From Ilumatobacteraceae bacterium (GTDB taxonomy: Bacteria > Actinomycetota > Acidimicrobiia > Acidimicrobiales > Ilumatobacteraceae): a DNA stretch of 64,000 nt. This document shows, in pieces, positions 10,428-20,441 of the stretch. Position 1 is the first letter of the stretch. Every line of letters begins with the position of its first letter. The notes below the pieces were generated by a model that made no database searches, was not told the DNA's origin, and was given only the letters and a program-made list of their open reading frames with translations. The stretch covers positions 31,628 to 95,627 of the forward strand of contig CAVZTM010000018.1 of the NCBI GenBank assembly GCA_963778175.1, read 5' to 3'. Position numbers and translations under genes: made by a program.

Positions 10428-11159
10428 GTGTTGACGATCCGCTTCGACCAGCTCGGCCTCGTGCCGGGTGATCGCGTGCTCGACGTCGGTGCCGGGTTCG
10501 GCCGACACATCTTCGAGTGTGCCCGTCGCGGCGCCGACGTCGTTGCGCTCGACTACGCGGAGGACGAGGTCGTCCAGACCCGGGCGACCCTCGGTGCGAT
10601 GGTCGCCGCCGGCGAGATCGACATCGAACGATTCAAGGGTGTGCTCCGCGGCGACGCGACGAAGCTGCCGTTCGCCGACGACTCCTTCGACGTCGTCATC
10701 ACCTCCGAGGTGCTCGAACACATCCAGGACGACGTCGCCGCCATCGCCGAGATGGTCCGGGTACTCAAGCCCGGCGGCCACTTCGCGGCCACGGTCCCCG
10801 CGTGGCTCCCCGAGAAGATCAACTGGATGCTGTCCGACGAGTACCACGCCCCGAAGAGCGACGGTGGACACGTCCGCATCTACAGCTCGACCGAGCTGAG
10901 CGCGAAGCTGCGAACTGCGGGCCTCGACCTGCGGGGCACCCACCGGGCGCACGCGCTGCACTCGCCGTACTGGTGGCTGAAGTGCGCCGTCGGCCCCCGC
11001 AACGACGACCATCCGGCGGTGACGAAGTACCGCCAGTTCCTCGAGTGGGACATCGTGCAGCAGCCGACGTCGACGAAGGTCGCCGACCGCGTCCTGTCTC
11101 CCGTGATGGGCAAGAGCATCGTCTTCTACGGCGTGAAGGCGGCGGAGCCGGTCCGATGA
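10428..11159 (+). CDS. class I SAM-dependent methyltransferase
   Basis: Intact 243-aa ORF starting 1 nt after the GT stop. Motif I VLDVGAGFGRH; also DVVITSEVLEHI and LKPGG. Confidence 0.9.
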   Translation: MLTIRFDQLGLVPGDRVLDVGAGFGRHIFECARRGADVVALDYAEDEVVQTRATLGAMVAAGEIDIERFKGVLRGDATKLPFADDSFDVVITSEVLEHIQDDVAAIAEMVRVLKPGGHFAATVPAWLPEKINWMLSDEYHAPKSDGGHVRIYSSTELSAKLRTAGLDLRGTHRAHALHSPYWWLKCAVGPRNDDHPAVTKYRQFLEWDIVQQPTSTKVADRVLSPVMGKSIVFYGVKAAEPVR

Positions 11160-12172
11160 GCCACCTGCCGGATCTCCCGGGCGTGCTCAGCGCCGACGAG
11201 TTGTGCGCCACCGGCGAGCATCTGGCATCGCTGCAACTGGAGACCGGCATGATCCCGTGGTTCCCCGGCGGCCACTGCGACCCGTGGAACCACGTCGAGA
11301 CCGCGATGGCGCTCGATGTCGCCGGCTTCCACCGGCACGCCGAGCGGGCCTACGAGTGGCTCGTCGACACGCAGCGCCCCGACGGGGCGTGGCATGCGTA
11401 CTACGCGAACGACGGGTCGGTCGAGGACACCAAACTCGACACCAACGTCTGCGCCTACATCGCCACCGGGGTGTGCCATCACCTGCGCAACACCTGGGAC
11501 CGTGGGTTCGCCGAGAACATGTGGCCGACCGTCGAGCGGGCGCTCGAGTTCGTCCTGTCGTTGCGTCGGCCCGACGGCGTGCCGCTCTGGGCGATCGAGC
11601 CCGACGACCGTCCGTGGGACTACGCGCTGATCACCGGGACCTCCAGCATCCAGCACGCGCTGCGGTGCGGGGCGCGACTCGGCGAGAGCGTCGGCGAGTC
11701 ACGGCCCGGCTGGATCGAGGCCGCCGACGTGATGGCCGCGGTCGTTCGCGACTCCCCCGAGTCGTTCGAGCCGAAGACCCGCTGGGCGATGGACTGGTAC
11801 TACCCGGTCCTCACCGGCGTCCTCACCGGCGAGGCGGCCAAGGTCCGCATGGCCGACGGGTGGGACACCTTCGCGATGGAGGGCCTCGGCATCCGTTGCG
11901 TCAGCGACGAACCATGGGTGACCGCATCGGAGACCGCTGAGTGCGCACTCGCCTACGCGGCGATGGGCGACACGGCGACGGCCACCGATCTGTTGGCGTG
12001 GAGCCGCACGCATCGCCGCGACGATGGTTCGTACTGGACCGGCATCGTGTACCCCGAACCGGTGCTCTTCCCCTTCGACGAGCACACGTCGTACACCGCG
12101 GCTGCGGTGGTCCTCGCCGTCGACGCGATCACCCGCGCGACGCCCGCGAGCGACGTCTTCGTTCCCTTCTGA
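11156..12172 (+). CDS. prenyltransferase/squalene-oxidase-repeat (alpha/alpha-toroid) protein
   Basis: ATG 11156 overlaps the methyltransferase stop (ATGA). Three RxDGxW-type repeats are present: QRPDGAWH, RRPDGVPLW, RRDDGSYW. Read in the ORF 10517..12172 frame. Confidence 0.75.
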   Translation: MSHLPDLPGVLSADELCATGEHLASLQLETGMIPWFPGGHCDPWNHVETAMALDVAGFHRHAERAYEWLVDTQRPDGAWHAYYANDGSVEDTKLDTNVCAYIATGVCHHLRNTWDRGFAENMWPTVERALEFVLSLRRPDGVPLWAIEPDDRPWDYALITGTSSIQHALRCGARLGESVGESRPGWIEAADVMAAVVRDSPESFEPKTRWAMDWYYPVLTGVLTGEAAKVRMADGWDTFAMEGLGIRCVSDEPWVTASETAECALAYAAMGDTATATDLLAWSRTHRRDDGSYWTGIVYPEPVLFPFDEHTSYTAAAVVLAVDAITRATPASDVFVPF

Positions 12173-12191
12173 CCCCGCACACCTCCGCAAT

Positions 12192-12234
12192 ATGTCTGGT
12201 TCGTCGCGCTGAGCGCGACGAACCAGACATTTTT
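12192..12234 (+). terminator. intrinsic terminator after the GT-MT-PT module
   Basis: Perfect 18-bp stem ATGTCTGGTTCGTCGCGC / GCGCGACGAACCAGACAT with a 3-nt loop, followed by TTTT. Lies between convergent genes. Confidence 0.85.
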
Positions 12235-12252
12235 CGGCTCGTGGCGCTGGGC

Positions 12253-13557
12253 TCAGTCGGCGAGCAGGCCGTAGAAGATGAACTCGGTGCGACGGTTCAG
12301 CGCCAGCGATGCGTCGGACGCATCGTCGGAGAGCAGGTCCTGCTCACCAACGGCTCGAGCTGCGAGCCGGGAGGGGTCGACGCCCTTGCTGACGAGGTAG
12401 CGCACGACCGACACGGCCCGGGCCTCCGAGAGGGCATAGTTCGCGGCCTCGTCACCGACCTGGTCGGCATGACCGACGACGGTGACCGTCACGTTCGGGA
12501 GCGCGTTGAGGACGTTGGCCACCCGGTCGAGCTGGGCGCCGTGCTCGAAGGTGATGTCGCGAACTGCCCGCGTTGAAGCGGGGAGAGTTCATCTCGATCA
12601 CGCGAACGCCGATGCTCGACGGAACGGCGGGGTCGATCTGCACCGTCGCGTTCACGGTGGCGGTCGGATCGGTGCTGTTGGCCAGCGCCAGCACCTTGAG
12701 CTGGTCGAACTTCTCCTGGCTCGGCACCCAACCCACCACGTTGATGCTGGGGCCGTCGTACACGGCGACGATCGGCTCGGGTGATCCATCCGGCAGCGTC
12801 GGGTAGCTCGGCACCGCGACGAGCGCCGCCGTCGTCGTCGGCGCTGCGGTGGTCGCGGGCGCCGCGGTGGTCGTCGGCGCAGCCGTCGTCGCCGGAACGG
12901 TGGCGACCGGTGCGGTCGTGGGCGCGGCGGTGGCGACCGGTGCCAGCGTCGCTTCGGGCACGAGGGCGACCGATCCGTCGTCGTCGCCGCCCATGACGAG
13001 CGTGAGGACACCGACGATCCCTGCCAGCGCGACCACTGCGGCCAGCACGATGAGCAGCGGCCGACGGGAGCGTTCCGGCCCGCTCGACTCCGGGTCGGTC
13101 TCGGTGACGGTCGGCGGTGTGGGGGCGAGCCGGCTGAGCGACCGGCACGGCGGCTGACTCGACGGCCGGCTCGGCGGCCGGCTCGACGACCGGTGACGTG
13201 AGTGCGGCAGCAGCGGCGGTCGGGGCCGGCGTCGGACGCGGCGGGGGCATCTCCGCCACGGGCGCCATCGGAGCAGGGCTCGGGGGCATCGCCACGACGG
13301 TCGGGGTCGGAGCGGTGCCGGGGAGCGGGGCAACCGGCGCCGTCATCGCGAGATCGGCAGCAGCGGCCGCCAGGGCGAGATCGGTGATGCTGACGTTGGT
13401 CGGGTCATCAGCGCCCGGGAACGCCGGAGCAGCAACTGCCGGGTTCGGCGGCGAGGAAGGGCGGCGGGGGCGGCAGCGGCGCCATGCGGAACTGCGCGGC
13501 GAGATCCACATCCAGCGGAGGAAGTGACTCGGGTGTCGTGGTCGTCTGATCGGTCAT
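12253..13557 (-). pseudogene. OmpA-family peptidoglycan-binding protein (Pro-rich N-terminus, one TM), about three frame changes
   Basis: OmpA_C domain NVTVTVVGHADQVGDEAANYALSEARA...LNRRTEFIF (ORF 12253..12522). TM segment LLIVLAAVVALAGIVGVLTLV (ORF 12452..13333). Pro/Ala/Thr-rich pieces are in ORFs 12489..13511 and 13408..13596. Start is MTDQTTT at 13557. Confidence 0.75.
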
Positions 13558-13666
13558 AGCGGAACCTGCCTGTCTGGACGGTGGGCAACGCCTCACGGCG
13601 ACGGACCCGGTGACATGGCATGAATCGGCAAGGTTCGACCAAGACTTGAGAAATTGACCGCGCAGC

Positions 13667-14458
13667 GTGATGGCCCGTCACCCGGCTGTTACGTTCCGAG
13701 TCGTGAAATCGACCCTTGCCCGGACCATCTTCTCGATCTGGAGCTGGTTCGCGCTCGGTGTGATCATCCTCATCTGGACCCCGATGGTGGCGATCGTCCG
13801 CCTCGTCACGATGCCGTTCGACAAGGGCGCCTATTCGGCTGGCTACCTGTTCCGCAAGCTCACCGTCGTCCACGAGCGGGTGACGCCGCTGTGGAAGTTC
13901 CGCACATCGGGCACGTTGCCCGACGACATGCGCCGTCCCTACGTGGTCGTGTCGAATCACGAGAGCTTCGTCGACATCCTGCTGATCTCGCACCTGCCGA
14001 CGGAGATGAAGTGGATGTCGAAGATCGAGATCCTGCGCATCCCCCTCGTCGGCTGGATGATGCGGCTCGCACGCGACATCCCGCTCGAACGCGGCGACGC
14101 CGCCTCGACGGCCAAGGCGCTCGAGGCCTCGCGCGAGCGGCTGGCCACGAAGGTGTCCGTGATGATCTTCCCGGAGGGCACGCGCTCGAAGACCGGCGAG
14201 CTGCGGCCGTTCAAGACCGGCGCCTTCCGGCTCGCCATCGAGGCACAGGTTCCGGTCCTGCCGCTCGCGGTGTACGGCACGCGCGACGCCCTGCGCAAAC
14301 ACGACTGGCGACTCGGATACGCCGAGGCCGAGGTCCGGGTGCTCGAACCGATCAGCACCGAGGGTCTCACCATGGACGACGTCTCCGCGCTCAGCGAGCA
14401 GGTGCGCGAGGTCATCGTGGCCGCCCGCGACGAACTGCGCGCCGAGTTCGGCAACTGA
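13667..14458 (+). CDS. plsC: 1-acyl-sn-glycerol-3-phosphate acyltransferase
   Basis: Intact ORF with HX4D box VSNHESFVD and FPEGTRS. Start is GTG 13667 or ATG 13670. Confidence 0.9.
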   Translation: MMARHPAVTFRVVKSTLARTIFSIWSWFALGVIILIWTPMVAIVRLVTMPFDKGAYSAGYLFRKLTVVHERVTPLWKFRTSGTLPDDMRRPYVVVSNHESFVDILLISHLPTEMKWMSKIEILRIPLVGWMMRLARDIPLERGDAASTAKALEASRERLATKVSVMIFPEGTRSKTGELRPFKTGAFRLAIEAQVPVLPLAVYGTRDALRKHDWRLGYAEAEVRVLEPISTEGLTMDDVSALSEQVREVIVAARDELRAEFGN

Positions 14459-14466
14459 GTCCGTCG

Positions 14467-15657
14467 GTGTCGATCCAGGTTCCCCTCCGGCTGCTCGCAG
14501 CCGCAAAGCCGGCGGTGCCCGCAGCACTGCTCGCCGCGATCGCAACGAGCACGGCCGTGTTCACGGCCACCCCGTTCGCACTGTCGGCAGTCGCGCAGGA
14601 GTACGACGTCGCGGTCGGCACCGCAGGGTGGATCTCCACGGCGCAGCTCGCCGGGTTCGTCGTCGCCTCGTGGATCGGCGGGCGTTTCCTGCACCCGGTG
14701 CGTCGCGTGTTCCTCGTCGGCACGCTGCTCGGCGTCATCGCCAGCCTCGGATCGGCGGCCGCCCCGACCTTCGAGATCCTCGTCGCGCTCCGGTTCGTCA
14801 GCGGGCTGTCGCTCGGCCTCGCCGCCTGGATCGCCTGGCAGGCGGCGTTCGGTGATCCCTCGAAGACCGGTGACGTCGCCGTCGTCGGTCCGCTCGTCGG
14901 CGTGATCGTGTCGCCGCTCATCGCCATCGTCCTCGAGACGGCGGGGTTGCGATGGCTGTTCGTCCTCCTGGCGGTCGTCAGCGCCATCCCCCTCGTGTTC
15001 ACGAACCAGGTGCCCCGGGTGGATCACCTCCGACCCCACCGCACACGACATCGGGCGACCCGGGCCGCGCGGGTGATCCTCGTGGCGCTCGGCCTGCTCA
15101 CGCTCGGCGGTTCATCGGTGTTCGTCTATGCAGCAGCGATCGGCGAGGAACTCGACGGGCTCACGCCGCTCGCGGTGTCGTTGCTGTTCAGCGCCAACGC
15201 GCTCGCTGCGATTCCGTCGGCACGCTGGACCGGGCGACGGGGCCCGGCCGGTCTCTGGTTCCTCATGACAGCGGTCTGCGCCCTCGCGATCGCGCTGTCG
15301 CGCAGCGGTTGGGTGTTCGGGATCGCGATGGTCGGGTGGGGGTTCGTGTTCTTCATGGGCATCCCGGCGGCGTTCACGCTGCTCGCCGCTCGATCGAACT
15401 TCCCCGAGGAACGCGCCGGCGACGCCCAGGCCGTCATGGCGTTCGGTCGGGTCTTCGGCCCGCTCCTCGGCGGGGCGCTGTACGCCGCCGGGTCGACCGG
15501 GACGCTCGGGATCACAGCGGCGGCGATCATCGCGTTCGGTGCCGGGCTCCTGCTCTACGTCGACCGGCAACGTTTCGTCGTCGTGCGTCAGTGGGGTACG
15601 TGGGCGGCGACGCCCCCGTCGATCGACGCGTCAATCGACACGACGCAGCACGCGTAG
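14467..15657 (+). CDS. MFS transporter
   Basis: 3' part of ORF 13654..15657. About 12 hydrophobic segments from VSIQVPLRLLAAAK onward. The GTG 14467 start is uncertain. Confidence 0.75.
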   Translation: MSIQVPLRLLAAAKPAVPAALLAAIATSTAVFTATPFALSAVAQEYDVAVGTAGWISTAQLAGFVVASWIGGRFLHPVRRVFLVGTLLGVIASLGSAAAPTFEILVALRFVSGLSLGLAAWIAWQAAFGDPSKTGDVAVVGPLVGVIVSPLIAIVLETAGLRWLFVLLAVVSAIPLVFTNQVPRVDHLRPHRTRHRATRAARVILVALGLLTLGGSSVFVYAAAIGEELDGLTPLAVSLLFSANALAAIPSARWTGRRGPAGLWFLMTAVCALAIALSRSGWVFGIAMVGWGFVFFMGIPAAFTLLAARSNFPEERAGDAQAVMAFGRVFGPLLGGALYAAGSTGTLGITAAAIIAFGAGLLLYVDRQRFVVVRQWGTWAATPPSIDASIDTTQHA

Positions 15658-16219
15658 CGACCCGGTCGCCGACACGAGCTGGAACCGGCCGGATTCCATG
15701 GCCGGACGGAAGATCTGCTCGTACGGCGGTCGACCACCGTCGGCCGGGTCGGGGAAGACGTCGTGGATCGCGAGCGTGCCGCCGACTGCGACGTGCGGCG
15801 TCCAGCCCTCGTAGTCGAGGCGGGCCGGTTCGGCGCCGTGGCCACCGTCGATGAACAGCAACGACAGCGGTGTCGTCCACGTCGACGGCGACCAGCGGTG
15901 ACTTCCCGACCACCGCCACGACGGAGTCCTCGAGCCCGGCGTCATGGATCGCATCGCGGAAGAACGGCAGCGTGTCCATCTTGCCGGTGCGCGGATCGAC
16001 GACGTCAGGGTCGTGGTGCTCCCAGCCGGCCTGGTTCTCCTCGGACCCGCGATGGTGGTCGACGGCGAACAGCACCACCCCGGCGGATTCCGCGGCGTCA
16101 CCGAGCCAGATCGTCGATCGCCCGCAGTACGAGCCGACCTCGAGCATCGGCGCGCCCGGCACCGCCCGACCGGCGTCCACCGCGGCGTCCCAGAGGGCGT
16201 CGCCCTCGTCGGGGGGCAT
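15631..16219 (-). pseudogene. class I SAM-dependent O-methyltransferase (Methyltransf_24-like), one frame change near 15880
   Basis: N-terminal half MLEVGSYCGRSTIWLG...VLFAVDHHRGSEE is in ORF 15527..16219. C-terminal half LLFIDGGHGAEPARLDYEGW...GGTLAIHDV is in ORF 15631..16101. Confidence 0.7.
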
Positions 16220-16261
16220 GAATCCTTTCGTGGCGAGCGCCAGATCGTCGACGCTCGGGCG

Positions 16262-16915
16262 TCACCAGGTGTCCCAGTGGATGATCGTGTCGGGGTCGGG
16301 GCGCATCGCCCGCTTGAAGTCGGTGCCGATCGTGTACGCGAGCGGGGTGAGACACGCCTGCTGGATCTCGTCGAAGGGAATCCCGACCACGTCGGCGACC
16401 TCCTTCTCCATCATCAGCGCAATGGTCGTCCACGCCGTGCCGAGCCCACGGGCGCGCGCTGCGAGCATGAAACTCCACATGCCGGGCAGGATGTTGCCCA
16501 TGACGGAGGCTGCCATCATCGCCGGGGCGCCGTCGAGACGCCCGAGCGTGCACCCGATGACGAGTACCGGTGCGTCACCCATGTGCTCGGCGAGGTACTC
16601 GGCCGAATCGGTCACCCGGTGCTGCTGGGCCTGCTCGGCGTCGGTGTCCTTCACGATGGCGCCGGCGTACATCGGCAGCGTCCGGTAGATGTCGAATCCC
16701 TTCCGGTAGATCTCGCCGATCGCCGCGCGCTTGTCGGGATCCTTGACCACGACGAACTGCATGGTCAGCAGGTTCGACCCCGACGGCGCCTGCATGGCGG
16801 TCGCGACGCACTCGCGGATCACGTCGTCCTCCACCGGTCGGGAGAAGTCGAGGCGCTTGCGTACGGCGCGGGTCGTGTTGAGAACTTCGTCGGCTGACAG
16901 ATCGAGCAAGGTCAT
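16262..16915 (-). CDS. nitroreductase family protein
   Basis: Last 217 aa of ORF 16262..18628, from MTLLDLSADEVLNTTRAVRKRLDF. Contains QAPSGSNLLTMQFVVV and LAARARGLGTAWTT. Confidence 0.85.
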   Translation of the reverse strand: MTLLDLSADEVLNTTRAVRKRLDFSRPVEDDVIRECVATAMQAPSGSNLLTMQFVVVKDPDKRAAIGEIYRKGFDIYRTLPMYAGAIVKDTDAEQAQQHRVTDSAEYLAEHMGDAPVLVIGCTLGRLDGAPAMMAASVMGNILPGMWSFMLAARARGLGTAWTTIALMMEKEVADVVGIPFDEIQQACLTPLAYTIGTDFKRAMRPDPDTIIHWDTW

Positions 16916-16939
16916 GCCGCGACTGTAGGACGTGACAAC

Positions 16940-17860
16940 ATGACGGCTGCCATGGAAGCTGAGATCGAGCGCACACCGACCGACCCCGCCGCATCCGCGC
17001 CCGAGAACCAGCAGGCACTCGACGACCTCGTCGCGCTGCTCGACCTGGAGGCGATCGAGGTGAACATCTTCCGTGGCAACTCCCCCGACGAGAACCGCCA
17101 GCGGGTGTTCGGCGGCCAGGTCGCCGGCCAGGCGCTCGTCGCGGCGGCCCGGACCATCGACGAGCGGAACCGGCTGGTGCACTCGCTGCATGCGTACTTC
17201 CTGCGCCCCGGGGACCCCACCGTGCCGATTCTGTACGAGGTCGACCGGATCCGCGACGGCCGCAGCTTCTCGACTCGCCGGGTCGTGGCGATCCAGCACG
17301 GCCGGGCGATCTTCAACCTGCAGGCGAGCTTCCACGACCTGGAGCCGGGCCCGGACCATCAGCTCACGATGCCCGAGGATGTGGGCGATCCCGAGCAGCT
17401 CCCGGACTTCCGGACCCGCATGGCGCCGTACGCCGAACAGATCGGCGACTGGTACGACCGCCCACGTCCGATCGACCTGCGCTACGTCAGCGGCGACCCG
17501 ATCAGTCGGAAGGGCCAACCGGCGACCAAGCAGCAGGTGTGGCTCCGGGCCGACGGGACGCTGCCCGACGATCCGGTGCTGCATGCGTGCGTCGTCACCT
17601 ATGCGAGCGACATGACGCTGCTCGACACCACGATTCTCCCGTTCGGGCTGGGATGGGACACACCCGGCATGCAGATGGCCAGCGTCGACCACGCGATGTG
17701 GTTCCACCGCCCGTTCCGCGCCGACGACTGGCTGCTCTACGACCAGTCGGCGGTGTCCACCGGCGCCGCCCGCGGGATGGCACAGGGTTCGCTGTTCACC
17801 CGCGACGGCCGCCTCGTCGTGAGCGTCGTGCAGGAAGGCCTCGCCCGAATCACCGGATAG
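16940..17860 (+). CDS. tesB: acyl-CoA thioesterase II
   Basis: Intact 306-aa ORF with double hot-dog signature: VFGGQVAGQAL, HSLHAYFLRPGD, SVDHAMWFHRP. Confidence 0.9.
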   Translation: MTAAMEAEIERTPTDPAASAPENQQALDDLVALLDLEAIEVNIFRGNSPDENRQRVFGGQVAGQALVAAARTIDERNRLVHSLHAYFLRPGDPTVPILYEVDRIRDGRSFSTRRVVAIQHGRAIFNLQASFHDLEPGPDHQLTMPEDVGDPEQLPDFRTRMAPYAEQIGDWYDRPRPIDLRYVSGDPISRKGQPATKQQVWLRADGTLPDDPVLHACVVTYASDMTLLDTTILPFGLGWDTPGMQMASVDHAMWFHRPFRADDWLLYDQSAVSTGAARGMAQGSLFTRDGRLVVSVVQEGLARITG

Positions 17861-18013
17861 TGCGACGGTGGCACGTCGGATCGCGCCCACCACCAAGGTT
17901 CTCGGCGTCGTGAGTCCCGGAACGCGGGACCGTCGCCGCCGAGAATGCCACCTCCGCTCGCGACGTACGGGCCCCGCGAGCGCACGACGGTCGCGATGGG
18001 ATAGAGAGGGGGT

Positions 18014-19322
18014 ATGCGATCGAGCCGATCCGCCCGCCATCTCACGATCGGGATCATCGTGGGCTGTCTCGTTGCGACGAGCGCCTGCGGGTCCGATGGT
18101 GGACCCGACGATTCGTTCGGGTCCGGGCCACCGCCGACCGCCGCCGAGTCCGTGCCGTCCACAACGGTCGAGACGACGGAACCACCGACCGAACCGACGA
18201 CCCGACCGCCGGCCAGCGACGACACCACGACGCCGACGTCGACGACCGTTCCCGCGCCGCTGGTGGAACCGGTCGTGTCGCTGCTCGACATCGGTACGTT
18301 CGACCAACCCGTCGATGTGACCCACCGTCCCGGTGACACGCAGATCTACGTCGTCGAGCAACCCGGCCGGGTCGTCGCCGTGACCGACGAGGGCTCCGAG
18401 GTGGTGCTCGACATCACCGACCGCACGGACGCCGACGGCGAGCAGGGGCTGCTCGGTCTCGCCTTCCATCCGACGGCCGATCTCGCCTACGTCAACTACA
18501 TCGACGGCTCCGGTGACACCGTCGTCGCCGAGTTCTCGGTCGATCCGTCGACCGGACAGTTCGATCCGGCCTCGTTCCGAGAAGTTCTCGACGGTCGACC
18601 AGCCGTACTCGAACCACAACGGCGGCAAGCTCGCATTCGGACCCGATCAGCTCCTGTACATCGGCCTCGGCGACGGAGGCTCCGGCGGGGACCCCCAGCG
18701 CCTCGCGCTGGACCTCGGGTCGCGACTCGGCAAGATCCTGCGCATCGACCCGATCGCCGCCGGCGATCAGCCGTTCTCGGTACCGCCCGACAACCCGTTC
18801 GTCGGTACCGCCGGCGCAGATCCGACCATCTGGTCGTACGGCCTGCGCAATCCGTGGCGATTCTCGTTCGATCAGCCCACGGGCGATCTCTGGATCGCCG
18901 ACGTCGGCCAGGGGGACTTCGAGGAGATCAACCACTCGACGGCGACGAATCGCCTCGATGCCGCCAAGGGAGTCAACTACGGCTGGAGTGCGGTCGAAGG
19001 CTACGAACGCTTCAACCAGGACCAATCCGCCGACGGCGCGGTTGCTCCGATCTTCGTCTACGACCATTCCGATGGTCGCTGCTCGGTGAGCGGCGGGGCC
19101 GTCGCTCGGGGCACGACGGTTCCCGACCTTGCGGGGTGGTACGTCTTCGGCGACTACTGCACCGGCCAGATCTGGGCGCTCGATCCGACCGCGCCGGCAG
19201 CGACCCCGCGCACGGTCCAGATCGCCGAGCTCGGCGGGCTGGCAGCGATCGCCGAAGGCCCGGACCGCGAGCTCTACGCCGTCTCCAACGCCGGCACCGT
19301 GGCCCGCATCGTCCCCGCCTGA
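18014..19322 (+). pseudogene. PQQ-dependent sugar dehydrogenase (sorbosone/glucose dehydrogenase-like) lipoprotein, one frame change near 18585
   Basis: Lipobox LVATSACGS. EQGLLGLAFHP is in ORF 18014... The remainder (QPYSNHNGGKLAFGPD, GLGDGGSGGDP, YGLRNPWRFSFD, DVGQG) is in ORF 18513..19322. Confidence 0.8.
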
Positions 19323-19363
19323 GCCACAGAGTCCCGAGCCACGGAGCGGAGTCACGGAGCGGA

Positions 19364-20131
19364 TCACAGAAAGCTGAGCAGGTCGGCGAACACCTCTTCG
19401 GGGTCGACGGCGTAGCCGTGGCGTTGGAACCACGTGCACACGTTGAGGACGTCGCGATGCAGGAAGTCGATCCCCTGCAGGTTGGCGGCGATGTCGACCG
19501 ACTGCGGGAAGTCGATGAACCACAGACGATCGTCCCACCACAGCAGGTTGTAGGCGGACAGATCGCCGTGGGCGATCCCCGTCGCCGTCAGACATCGCAG
19601 GCCGGCGACGAGTTGCTCGAACGCATCCGCCATCTGCGCACGATCCAAGCGGGCTGCAGACAGCTGCGGCGCGGCCATCTCCCAGCTCCCGACGTACTCG
19701 AGATCGAACACGTCGTCGGCGTACCCGATCGGGTACGGCACCGACATGCCGCTGCGCCACAGGCGCAGCATGACCTCGTGCTCGGTGCCGGTCCAACGGT
19801 CCTGGAGCAGCCTCTTGCCGTAGGTCGACATGCGCTCGATCGCTCGGCGGTCGCGTGACTTGCGGAACTGGCGACCCTCGCGGTACTGCACGTCGTTGCG
19901 GAACGCGGAGGATCGCTGGACGCCCATCGCCTCGAGCTGTCCTTTCTGGGTGACGTGGCGGGGCAGGTAACGCTTGCGGGCGATGAGGCAGGAACGGCCG
20001 TCGTCGCCGATGCGTTCGACGAGGTTGACCTGGGCCTCCTTCCCGCTCTTGACGACGCCGTGATCGACGTCGTGGTACGGCTCGTCGACGACCCAGTCGG
20101 GTCGATCGAGTCCCTCGAAGGGAGTGTTCAT
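19364..20131 (-). CDS. RIO-type serine protein kinase
   Basis: ORF 19364..20140; ATG at 20131 (MNTPF). Contains SGKEAQVNLVER, HGDLSAYNLLW, IDFPQSV. Confidence 0.8.
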   Translation of the reverse strand: MNTPFEGLDRPDWVVDEPYHDVDHGVVKSGKEAQVNLVERIGDDGRSCLIARKRYLPRHVTQKGQLEAMGVQRSSAFRNDVQYREGRQFRKSRDRRAIERMSTYGKRLLQDRWTGTEHEVMLRLWRSGMSVPYPIGYADDVFDLEYVGSWEMAAPQLSAARLDRAQMADAFEQLVAGLRCLTATGIAHGDLSAYNLLWWDDRLWFIDFPQSVDIAANLQGIDFLHRDVLNVCTWFQRHGYAVDPEEVFADLLSFL

Positions 20132-20441
20132 GGGGTGCACCTCGTGCGGAGATCGTCAAACGGTCGATGACAACCGGTCGGCACTCAGCACCTCCAGACG
20201 TTGCAGTCGGGCTGACCGGGATGAAGGTGAGCATGCGAACGGTCACGTGACGACGCGACCGGGATGGGTGAGCACACAGGCAGTCATGTCAACACCCTCC
20301 TCTCGATCGACGGACACCGGCAGACTAGCGAACGGTCGCACCAGCGCACGACCGGGTTTCACCGAACCGCGACGGCCGGGATGGAACCGCCGATCTGCGG
20401 CATCGGTCGCCGGGGGCAGACACGTCTGGCAGGATGCCTGG

